DNA of 64,000 bases, from the NCBI RefSeq assembly GCF_048593235.1, contig NC_133619.1, positions 651,846,558 to 651,910,557 of the forward strand, read 5' to 3'. Source of the DNA: Sminthopsis crassicaudata. Lineage: Eukaryota. Positions 25,070 through 35,790 of this stretch are shown piece after piece. Below the pieces are notes generated by a model. That model worked only from the letters and a program-made list of their open reading frames with translations. It was not told the DNA's origin and made no database searches. The position numbers were made by a program, and so were the translations under genes. Positions within the stretch are counted from its first letter, which is position 1. Every line of letters begins with the position of its first letter.

Positions 25070-26215
25070 CGGGGCCTGCTGCCTGCAAAGGCTCGCCCAG
25101 CACCTTTTCCTTTTCAGAAGTAAGTTTGGGTGGACGGCTTTGGGTTTCCGCCAGGAAATTTCCGCCTGGCTCTTCCCCCCCCACACCCCCGGTCCTCCTC
25201 TGTAATGGAAAAAAGGGAAAATCAGCGAGAGCGGCGACAAACGCGCGCCCCCTGGCCCTCCGCAGAGGAGTGAAGGACGGGGACGTGGGCCCCCCGCAGA
25301 GCTCTTCAGCTCAGGGAAGGGCTCTGCCAGGGCCTGAAATAACAACAGGTGGTCCAAATTCTCCCCCCTTGTGGCCCGCGCTCCCCCACAGACCCCGCGG
25401 GGAAGTCCCCGGCTCACACAGCCGCGCTCCGGGGGGGCCCCCACGGGCCGTTCTCGGGTCCCAGCCGGGCGCGCGCGCTAACCCCCCGATCAATACGGGG
25501 GATGGCTTGGCAGAGCCCCCTTCCCCTCCCCCCTCCCAGGCCCAGGCGCCTCTTAGGCTAAAGACTGGAAGTAGCCCGTCGGCTCCTCCGCAGCACGTGC
25601 CGGCACCCGCCCAGCGCGGGCAGAAAAAGAGGCAAAATCCCGCCGCCGCTTCCGCGCGTGAGCGGGGGCAGCCGCGACAAGTGGGACGGGGTGGCACCCA
25701 CAATAATCCTGAGGGGGGCGCTTCCTGCTGCAGGAGGTGGGATTTTAGCCGGGACTTCTGGGAAGTTGGGGAGGTCAGGGCCAGAGCAGAGGGAGAAAAG
25801 CACCGAGAACAGCTGGAGGGATGGGGAGGGGGATCCCTGATGAGGGGGCTCCACAGGAGGGAGGCCCTCCGAAGTAGCGCCTGAGGAACTGGGGGACGCT
25901 GTCCCCCCCCATCACTGGGAGGGGGAGGGGAGAGGGGGAGGCGGACATCGCGAGTTCGAGGCGACTCCTGGATGCGGACTTTGGGGTGTGTGGAAGGCAG
26001 AGGCGGTAGATGGGAGGTCAGATTAGGGCGGAGAAGAGATTTGAGAATCACCGGCATAAAGAAAATAAGTCAGTCCATGGAGGGATGAGGTCACCAGGCG
26101 AAGCAGGCTGGAGAAGAGAAGAGGGCCCAGGACCGAGCCCAGAACCTTCCCAGGTTCACTCACAAAAGCTGATTTGGGCGTTGTGTGTACCCTGCATCAT
26201 CACCGCGGAGGCAGT

Positions 26216-26520
26216 TGTCAGATAGCGGAAGTTCCGGGGGTCCTCCCTCCCGCCTTGGTCTCAGCAGGATTGTCACCGCCAGGATGGACCCGAATAGTCC
26301 AAAGTCTTTATTGGCTCCTCCCCGGTCTGTGCGCTCTGACTGAGTCCCAGGTCTCTCAGCCCTTAAATACCCTATTACCATGACGTCATTACATCATTCC
26401 GAGTATATGCCACTAGAGCGATTACATCATTATATCGAACTAGATATGCGAGCGAGAGAACTATTATCTCATCAGTTCCACTGAGTTAACGCCTTGTTTC
26501 AGGTATACGTCTCCTGTTTC
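26216..26520 (-). mobile_element. LTR fragment (3' end intact, 5' end cut off by an L1)
   Basis: Minus strand has TATTTAA, AATAAA and CTGCTGAGACCAAGG and ends ...CTGACA. Resembles marsupial ERV LTRs as recalled. Confidence 0.55.
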
Positions 26521-27125
26521 TTTCTTTTTTTTTTTAATTATAGCTTTTTATTTACAAGACATATGCATGGGTAATTTTTCAGCATTGACCATGGCAGGCG
26601 GACCAATACATGTTAAATATGTTAAAGTATAAATTAAATACAATATAGGTGTACATGTCCAAACAGTTATTTTGCTGTACAAAAGAATCGGACGTTGAAA
26701 CAGTGTAACATCAACCTGTGAAGGGAATCAGAAATGCAGGCGGACAAAATTAGAGGGATTGGGAATTCCATGGAGAGGTTCACACTCATCTCCCAGAGTT
26801 CTTTGCTGGGTGCGGCTGGCTCAGTTCATTCCTGCTCTATTGGAGCTGATTTGGTTCATCTCATTGTTGGAGAGGGCCCCGCCCATCAGAATTGATTATT
26901 GTATAATCTTGTTGCCATGTATAATCTGCGCATTTCCTCAGCATCAGTTCCTGTAAGTCTCTCCAAGCCTCTCTGTCTTCCTCCTGCTGGTCATTTCTTA
27001 CAGAGCAATAATATTCCATAACCTTCATGCACCATAATTTACCCAACCATTCTCCAATTGATTGGGACATCCATTCATCTTCCAGCTTCTAACAAAAAGA
27101 GCTGCCACAAACATTTTGGCACTTC
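26521..27125 (-). mobile_element. L1 3' end
   Basis: ORF2 C-terminus WLGKLW..MEYYCSVRND..EAWRDL plus 3' UTR and A tail (T run at 26521-26535). Confidence 0.9.
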
Positions 27126-27954
27126 TAAAGTAAAATTTATTTAATTCAAATGAAATGACTTTAGTTGAGTTTTCCTTTCTTTTGTTTGATGAAAATGACA
27201 TATTTGAATGAATATTCAATAAAAATGGATCTCAATATTTTTCTAAGTGCACATTTAAAGGAAATGTATCATATATTTCCCACCCATACCCATGAAAATA
27301 AATGCCTGCCCATCCAAATCACTTGAAATAACTTAGAAATGAAAATCAAGACAACTTTGAGGGTTTTTTTTTCGTCCAATAACTCGGCAAATTCACAAGA
27401 TCAGTCTGAGATGAGGATTTTAGAATAGAATGGACATATTATTGCATTTTTGGTGGATCTGTAAATTTGTTTAATGTTTCTAGAAATTAACTTAAAATTA
27501 AGTTAAGAAAATGGTTAACATGTCTAGATACTTTGACTCAGAGATTCCCTTTCTAGGCAAAAAACCCAACAAGGTCAAGAATCAAAAGAAAGGCACTGTG
27601 TATAATAAACAGTTTAACAGCATTATTTTTTGGTAGCAAAGAGATGGAAATATATCAGATGCTCATGGGTTGGGGAATGGCAGAAACAAGTTGTGAATCC
27701 AGAGTTTAATGTGGATGAACAGAGCTCACTAACCAATATAGATTTTTAAAAGAAAAGTATAGCAGATGAAAATGAAAGGAAAGGGTGTGTGTGAGTGGGG
27801 GGGGGGGGTTAATTGAGTCCATCAATCAATCATCCCCATACTAGTTAAAATAATCAATAAACTATTCTAGTTCTTGACAGATTTATCAGGGAGAATGTTT
27901 CTCTTCAAGCAATTAATCAAAGATATTTAACTAATATACATACTGTCATTTTTC

Positions 27955-28740
27955 TGTGTGTCCTCTTTAAAAGAACAAGCAAAGATGACAGAAATAAATA
28001 ACAATGAATGTTGGAAGGAATGTGGGAAAACTGGGACACTAATGCATTGTTGGTGGAGTTGTGAGCAGATCCAGCCATTTTGGAGAGCCATTTGGAACTA
28101 TGCTCAAAAAGTGATCAAACTGTGCATCCCCTTTGACCCAGCAGTGTTTCTACTGAGATTATATCCTACTTAATCCTATTAATTCCTATCCTATTAATTC
28201 CTACTGGGATTATATCCCAAAGAGATGCTATAGGAGGGCAAGGGACCTGTGTGTGCAAGAATGTTTGTGGCAGCCCTCTTTGTGGTGGCAAGAAACTGGA
28301 AACTGAGGGGATGCCCATCAATTGGAGAATAGCTGAATAATTATGGTATAGGAATGCTATAGAATATTACTGTTCTATAAGAAACAATTAACAGGATGAT
28401 TTCAGAGAAGCCTGGAGAGACTTATAGGAACTGATGCTGAGTGAAGTGAGCAGAACCAGGAGATCATCGTACATGACAACAACAAGACTATACAATGAGC
28501 AATTGTGATGGACGCGGCTCTCGTCAACAATGAGATGAACCAAATCAGTCCCAATAGAGCAGTAATGAACTGAACCAGCTACACCCAGAGAGAGGACTGT
28601 GGGAACTGAGTGTGGACCACAACATTTCACTCTTCTGTATTTTCACTCTTTTTGTTGTAGTTTGCTTGCATTTTGTTTTTCTCATTTTTGTTTCATTTTT
28701 GATCTGATTTTTCTTGTGCGGCAAGAGAAAAAAAAAAAGT
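27955..28740 (+). mobile_element. L1 3' fragment
   Basis: [17 protein letters not shown] (ORF2 Cys-rich region), 3' UTR and A tail. Confidence 0.88.
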
Positions 28741-28869
28741 AACAAAAGTGCTTGCTTTCCCATTTTTGTGCTGTTTTCCTTGCCAAGGAGAATGACTTTC
28801 CCTCCAAAGATGTCAGCTCCTAAATATCCAGCAGGGACGACTAAAGGGATTCTAAGAAGGTGCTGAGCT

Positions 28870-29045
28870 CCCCTTGATGAATTCCAGCCCCCTTGGCCCT
28901 GATGCGCTTTTTCCTTGAGTCCTGAGACAAATGGCCACTGTCAGGGAATATTTGGGAGGTCATTGACAACCAGAGGAGAGCCCAAAGTTGGAGAGGAATG
29001 AATGTCCCAATTTTTAAAAAAGGGGAGAGTCTGCAAACCGCACGT
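28870..29045 (+). mobile_element. Ancient CR1/L3 LINE fragment
   Basis: CCACTGTCAG...GGAGAGG...AATGTCCCAATTTTTAAAAAAGGGGAGAGTCTGCAAAC resembles the CR1 region PLS..W..G....WR..NVPIFKKG. Confidence 0.6.
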
Positions 29046-29240
29046 GGAATGAGAGCCCGATCTCTGCTTTTGATGTGCATGGAGTGAACTAGAAATCACC
29101 ATCAAGGCCTCTGGGTAGACTGAGGGTTACTAACCCGTCAGAGCGGCACCACTGGGCCAGTGTCCAGCTGTGGCTGGTCAGAGCATGATGAGCCCGGAAC
29201 AGAGTACCACCGGTCATGTACAAACAGTCTCTCTAAAGTC

Positions 29241-29430
29241 CAGTGGTCCCCAAACTTTTAAAATAGGGGCCAGGTCACTGTCCCTCAGACTGTGGGAGGG
29301 CCGGACTATAGTAAAAACAAAAGCTCGCACTCTGTCTCTGCCCCTCAGCCCATTTGCCCTAACCCGGCGGACCGCATAAACGCCCTCAGCGGGCCGCATC
29401 TGGCCCACAGGCATAGTTTGAGAACCTCTG
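29241..29430 (+). mobile_element. OC1 (OposCharlie1)-like hAT MITE, 190 bp
   Basis: TIRs CAGTGGTCCCCAAACT ... AGTTTGAGAACCTCTG; internal GGGGCCAGGTCACTGTCCCTCAGACTGTGGGAGGGCCGGACTATAG and GGGCCGCATCTGGCCC are typical of OC1. No clean 8-bp TSD is visible. Confidence 0.75.
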
Positions 29431-29779
29431 CAAACCTTTGGGTGGACTCTCTAACTGGGTACATCTCACTTTTTTTTTTTAAGCTATGGCAGGCAATTCT
29501 GCTTCGCTCATAGAGCACAGCACTTTCTGAGCCGTGTCCGGACTGTGCTGGACAGTTCAGGGACTCTTGTGTCTCACAGTTGTTCTTGCGACAGACCTTA
29601 TTGCTTCTTCTGACCTGCATGCAGGCACTTGCTTTTCGAGAGCTCCTAAAGAGCCAAAATTGACCTTTCAGGGCAAATGCTCATTTGGCATTCAGACAAC
29701 CCGGCCAGCCCATCGGCTGCATCCTCTGCAGCAGAGTCTGAAGGCTTGGCAACTTAGTTTGAGAAAGAACCTCATGGAC

Positions 29780-30290
29780 TCATAGGAACTGATGCTGAGG
29801 GAAGTGAGCAGAACCAGGAGATCGTTGACCACGGCAAGACTATACGATGATCAATTCTGATGGACGTGGCTCTTCTCAACAACAGTTCCAGTGGTCTTGT
29901 GATGGAGAGATCCGTCTGCACCCAGAGGGAGGACTGTGGAGACCGAGTGTGGACCACAACAGAGCATTCTCACTCCTTTTGTTGTCGTTTGCTCACATTT
30001 AATTTTCTTTCTCATTTTTTCCTTTTTGATCTGATTCTTCTTGTGAATCAAGATAATTATATAAATACATACTCCTATATTGGATTTACATATATTTTGC
30101 CATATTTAACATATATTGGATTACTTACCATCTAGGAGAGGGGGTGGAGGGAAGGGGGCAATTAGAACATAAAGTTTTGCAAAAGTCTGTGATGAAAAAT
30201 TATCAATGCATATGTTTTGAAAATAAAAGACTTCAATATAAAAAAAATCCACGTGCCAAGAAAATTAAAATTTAAAAAAAGAGAGAGAGA
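29780..30290 (+). mobile_element. L1 3' end inserted in the RTE
   Basis: [36 protein letters not shown]1 terminal motif followed by A-rich tail. Confidence 0.85.
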
Positions 30291-31019
30291 AAGGACCTCA
30301 TCGTATCTTATCCTGATTCAGAATCTTCCCAAGACTGTTGGAATGGAAGCCATTCAGTTTCCTGACATGGCGCTGGTAGACTGTCCAACTTTCACAGAAA
30401 TACCATGAGGGCAGCACAATGGCTCTGGCCTTCAGTTTGGTTGTCAGTCTAATACCTCTTCTTTCTCCCACTTCCCTTCGGAGCTTCTGAGCTACCTCTG
30501 GCAATGCGTGTGTCAGTCTCATGATCAACGTGGACATCCCTGGACAGTACACTGCCAAAGTAAGGGAACTTATTCACAGTATTCAAAGTTTCTCCATTTA
30601 CTGTAACTAGTTTCCATTTATGTATGATGTGTTGGCCAGTGAGAAAACGGCTTTCTTGATCTTAATGGTCAGGCCAAAATTAGCACATATTCTGAGCATT
30701 TATTCAGCATACTCTGCTGCATTTCAGCCTCAAAGGCTGCAGAATGCACAATCATCTGCAAACAAAAAGTCACATCCCAACTCTCCCTCCAGCTTAGTCT
30801 TTGGCTGATAATCTTTCCAAGTTAGATAACTGACTACCAGTGAGTGCAACAGCTGACATTAGTGCCATTTTTAACCTTGTTGAATGTGTCCAACAATGTC
30901 ACGGAAAACATGCTAAGAAGCATAAAAATAAGCCCCCAGCTCCACTTCACTCCATCGGTGACAGGAAAAGTGTTAGAACTTTGTCCATTGTTCGTAACTC
31001 AGGCTAGCATGCTGTCATG

Positions 31020-32016
31020 AAACCTTAAAAAAAGAAATATTAAATAATCATTGTTTTTATTTTTATTATTTTTAATTTTTATTTTCCTAAGTTACACACA
31101 AAAACAGGTTTTTTCCTGGTTATTCATATATATATATATATTTACACAATTCCTTATGAATTGTGTTGGGAGAGAAAAATCAGAACAAAAAGGAAAAATG
31201 TAAGAGAAAAAGAATAAAAAACAGAAGAAAAAGAAAAAAAAGTGAATATAGCATGTGTTGATTTACATTTAGTCTCCATAATTCTTTGGATGAAGATGGC
31301 ATTTTCCATCCAAAATTTATTGGGATTTCCTTGGATCATAGAAACACTAAGAAGAACCAAATCTTTTACAGTTGATCATCACACAATCTTGCTGTTACTA
31401 TGTACAATATATTCCTAGTTCGGCTGGTTTTGCTCTGCATCAGTTTATGAATCTTTCCAGGCCTTTCTAAAATCAGCTTGTTCATCATTTTTTATAAAAT
31501 ATTATATATCACATAATTCTGGTTATATAATTAATACTATAATATGTAATAATTATCATATAATACACACAATATATTATTATTATATAATATTAAATTA
31601 CTTCCATATACCCTAACTTATTCAGCCATTCCTTAATTGATGGGCATCTACTCATTTTTCAATTCCTTGACACCACAAAAAAGAGCTGCTACAAAAGGCC
31701 TTGGACAGACTTACATGAACTGATGCTGAGTGAAATGAGCAGGACCAGATCATCATATACTTCAACAATGATACTATATGCTGATCAGTTCTGATGGACG
31801 TGGCCCTCTCCAACAATGAGATGAACCAAATCAGTTCCATTAATTCAATAATGAGGAGAACCGGCTACATCCAGCAAAAGGACTCTGGGACAGGAGTGTG
31901 AGCCACTATATCGCATTTCCAACCCCTCTGTTTTTATCCACTTGCATTATTGATTTCCTTCTCAGGTTATTTTTAGCTTATTTCTAAGTCCAATATTTTT
32001 TTTTTGTGCAACAAAA

Positions 32017-32058
<42 letters not shown>

Positions 32059-32695
32059 GGTTAACATATACTTTAACATATTTAACATGTATTGGTCTAC
32101 CTAACATCTGGGGGAGGGGGTGGGAGGAAGGAGGGGAAAAGTTGGAACAGAAGGTTTTGCGAGGGTCAATACTGAAAAATTATCCATGCATATATCTTAT
32201 AAATAAAAAGCTAAAATAATAATAATAAAAGAGCTGCTATAAACATTTTTGGCCATTCCATGGGATACAGACCCAGTAATGGCACTGCTGGATCAAAGGT
32301 ATGCACAGTTTTCTAGTCTTTTGGGCTTAGTTCTAAAATTGCTCTTGAAAATGATTGGATCACTCACAACTCCACCAACAATGCATTAGTGTCCCAGTTT
32401 CTCCACATCCCCTCCAACGTTTGTAATTATCTTTTTCTGTCGTCTTAGCCAACCTCAGGGTTGTGAGGTGGTACATTAGAGTTGTTTTCATTTGCAATTT
32501 TTAAATCAATAGTGATAGAGAACGTTTTTTCATATGACTATAGAAAGCTTTCATTTCTTTGAAAATTGTGTTCGTATCCTTTATCAATTGGGATTTCTTA
32601 TAATATAAATAAATTTCAATTCTTATAAATTTGTCATAGTTCTTTATATATTTTAGAAATAAGGACTTTATCAAAAAATACTGGCTGTGACATAC
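31020..32695 (-). mobile_element. Older L1 3' portion, itself interrupted by a younger L1
   Basis: L1 3' UTR and ORF2 end on the minus strand on both sides of 31692-32226. Confidence 0.8.
31692..32226 (+). mobile_element. L1 3' end with 13-bp TSD
   Basis: TSD AAAAGAGCTGCTA at 31679-31691 and 32227-32239; contains (TA)n at about 32021-32054. Confidence 0.85.
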
Positions 32696-33064
32696 AGGCA
32701 CCCACATTTTGCATAACTTTTCACAAACTCTCATAACTGACAGAATGACAAACCTCATGTACAGACTTCTATTCTGCTCCTGGCATTTCTCCTGGAGTTG
32801 TTGAGCAGCAAACACCATGTCAGCTATTCCTCAGCCCTTTCTGAAGCCACACTGGCTCTAGAGTCCGTAGAAGTAGACCTTCTTCCAGATGAAGGAAAGA
32901 ATCTTGCCGACAATAAATAAGATCAAGAACCACCCCCCTTCCTCCTGTAACTGTCACAGGACAATCTATTTCCTTTGCCTTTATGGAGATGAACAATGAA
33001 GACATCCTTGAATTCCTGGGGTATAACCTCCTCTTATACATAACTTGGAAGATTTCAACTAGTT

Positions 33065-33597
33065 TTTTTTTTTCATGTAACCTTTATTTTATTTTACACT
33101 TTTTCAAGTAACAAGAATTTAGTTTTCTTTTTTTTTTAATTTTAGCTTTTATTTTTCAAAATATATACATGGATAATTTTCAACATTCACCCCTACAAAA
33201 CCTGTGCTCTAATTTTTTTCCCTCCTTTTTCCCCACCATTTCCCTCAGTCGGCAAGTGATCCAATATATGTTAACCATGTGCATGCAATTCCTTTATACA
33301 TATTTCCACAAAGATCATGCTGCACGTGAAAAATCAGATCGAAAAAGGAAAAAAAAATGAGAAAGAAAACAAAATGCAAGGAAAAACAACTAAAAGAGTT
33401 ATTGTGATCCACTCAGTTCCCACAGCCTCTTTCTAGGTGCAGATGGCTCTCTCCATCACAAGTCTAACAGAACTACTCTGAATCATCTTATGGTTGGAAA
33501 GAACCACATCCATTAGAATTGATCATCGAATAATCTTGCTGTTGCCATGTACAATAATCTCCTGGTTGTACTCCTTTCACTCAGCATCAGCTAGCTT
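33065..33597 (-). mobile_element. L1 3' end inserted in the RTE
   Basis: L1 3' UTR motifs (TGATGCTGAGTGAA on -) and T runs at 33064-33074 and 33130-33138. Confidence 0.8.
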
Positions 33598-34010
33598 TTA
33601 TATAAACAAAAGATCCCTTTGCCCGGTAAATCTCTGCCAGAATAGGATTAGCATAAGGTTCTTTGCCACACCAGAGGAATCTAATGGCATTCACAACCTC
33701 TTTTTCAATTGGAAGTTTGGCAAGAGAGTGATTGACATCAACCTGAGGTAAACAGTTGGTGGGTTCAGTATTGATTATTCTTCCATAGAAGAGTTCAATC
33801 CATTTCTCTAAGATCATGTCCTTATCATAATCAATGTGGCTCCATCAGCATCGAAGAGTTGAGATGCATCATACACCATTGGCTCATAAATAGTTTTCAT
33901 GGGATCAAAAAAGTACTTGGAGTATTACTATCATTATAAAACTGAATGTCATCTGACTTCTTACTGATCCAAGAATCCTGTATCTCTCTTAAGCTTCACT
34001 GGTACTTTAC

Positions 34011-34140
34011 TTTTTTTTTTTCCTTTTTGCTGAGGCAACTGGGATTAAATGACTTGCACAGGTCACACAGCTAGGAAGTGTTAAGTGTCTGAGATTAAAT
34101 TTGAACTCGGGTCCTCCACTGTGCCATCTAGCTACCCCTT
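34011..34140 (-). mobile_element. WSINE1-like SINE
   Basis: tRNA-like head, CORE and A tail; TSD ACTTTACTTTT at 34004-34014 and 34143-34153. Confidence 0.9.
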
Positions 34141-34289
34141 GCACTTTACTTTTGATGAAGTTAAATATTGCCTTCTTAGGGATGGATGAATTACCCAGCT
34201 GGTGCACCCTGTGTACCATTTTTTAAGTTAGCAGCTTCTGAATTTCCCTATCATTTTCAACAGCTTTGATGTTTGCATATGTTCTGACC

Positions 34290-35484
34290 TGTAAGGGTCC
34301 TAGAAAGGTCAGGCAATCGAAACTGAGATGTAAGTGGACCAATGGTCTTTAGCATCCCTGGATGTGCTTAAGAGTTGAGTACTTAGGGACTTCCTTCATA
34401 GGTGGGACCTCCACCCATGGCAGGAGCCCAGATCTCGCTCTGAAGTCTCCATCAGGTTCAGGATGTAACCTTCATATCCTAAAAGACCATTCCTCACACA
34501 ATTGAGGAGATAGAAGCCCAAGCTGAAGAGCTTCTACTGTCTCCACATGTCCATTTACTTTTCTCAGATCAATAAATATTCTCCATTCCCCAAACTTAAA
34601 TTTAGGGGAATCCCAAGGACTTCGAGAAGCTTGTAAATATCCTTGGTTAAGTCTTTTCTGTCCTGTGCCTAATGAAATTTGAATTTTTTTCATTTCTTAA
34701 GAAGTCACTTCCCCACTGATTAATGGGGGACCTTTCCACTGTAAAATAAATGTTTTACTGTTTTAAATTTAAATTTCCATTTCCAAGAGGTAGCACTAAT
34801 TTTAACTACCATAGATCCTTTTATACCTGACACATAGGTATTTGCTGTGATTTTTAACCAATTAAGTCCAGCTGGCACATCTAATAGCTATATTACTTAC
34901 ATCTGTGTCTACCAACCTTTTCAATGGTCTGCCACTCATACAGTTAATGAAAAAAGAACACTCAGCTATATCCCTGAATTCTTTTGCCTAAAATCAAAGT
35001 TCGAGTTACTGAATTGTACTTCAGGAGTGTGAATCAATACATCTGATGTTACTTCTCCTCCTGGGTTATAGATCACACACTGTCTATCTATTCTAGTGAT
35101 TAAGACAGCAGTTTTCCAAACCACTCTAAAAATAAACACTCTTTTATAAGTAATTAAGGCAATTGAGCCCACCTTTGGAAGTGAAAAATCCACCAGGTAA
35201 GCCAAGGGGAATTACAACTCTACAAAGACTATCCTAGCAGTTTTATAAGTATAAAACTCCACTCTCTCTAACCGCAAGGTCTGCTGGGAAACTAACTGAG
35301 CTGTATTTTTAAAAATTTTCTGAATATTATAGCAATGACTGTCCTCAGGACGCCACAAGTTTTGGGCTCGGTCCATAAAGCCTACTTCCTTAGCTGTTAC
35401 TATTTGAATTTGAATCAGCCATTCAGGAGCCCAATCAATTTTTCCTGAATTAATCATTCTTAAGACCTAACCCTAACCCTTACA
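34290..35484. mobile_element. 1195-bp LTR-type element (TG...CA, 6-bp TSD) containing class II ERV gag/pro/pol remnants on the minus strand
   Basis: TSD CTGACC at 34284-34289 and 35485-35490; termini TGTAAGGGT(N7)AGGTC inverted at both ends; protease remnant GRPLKRLVDTD...VPINQWGSDFL; RT remnant SRSPWDSP..GEWRIFIDLRKVN...ALQLGL. Confidence 0.8.
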
Positions 35485-35790
35485 CTGACCCAGATGAGTA
35501 AAGGTAGTGCTGGGCCTCAAATCTGAAAGCTGCCCACTCTTTTTCTGCTCCACTGTGGCCAACTGTATGTTTGCTTAGCTTTTTGTCCAAGGTAGCAACA
35601 AAGTGTATGTCTATGCAGAAGCACTTTGATCTGTTGATGTTAAGTTTTCTAGTGGTCATTATGCCTTCCAGTCTTCATTTTTGCTGAATCTGAACTTCAG
35701 CTTAGAGAAGATAAGTCTATGGTCAGTCCAGCACTCTGCACCTCACATTGCCTTGCTCATTCTCATATCCTGTCTGTCTCTTCTTCTTAC

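Noticed and set aside
34472-35457. Possible non-retroviral endogenous viral element (ORFs 34966-35205 and 35212-35457)
   Set aside because: The ORFs are colinear with protease and RT remnants of a class II ERV, so a retroviral gag/pro origin explains them.
35467-35482. (TAACCC)2 telomere-like motif
   Set aside because: Only two units, forming part of the LTR-type element's terminus; not an interstitial telomere array.
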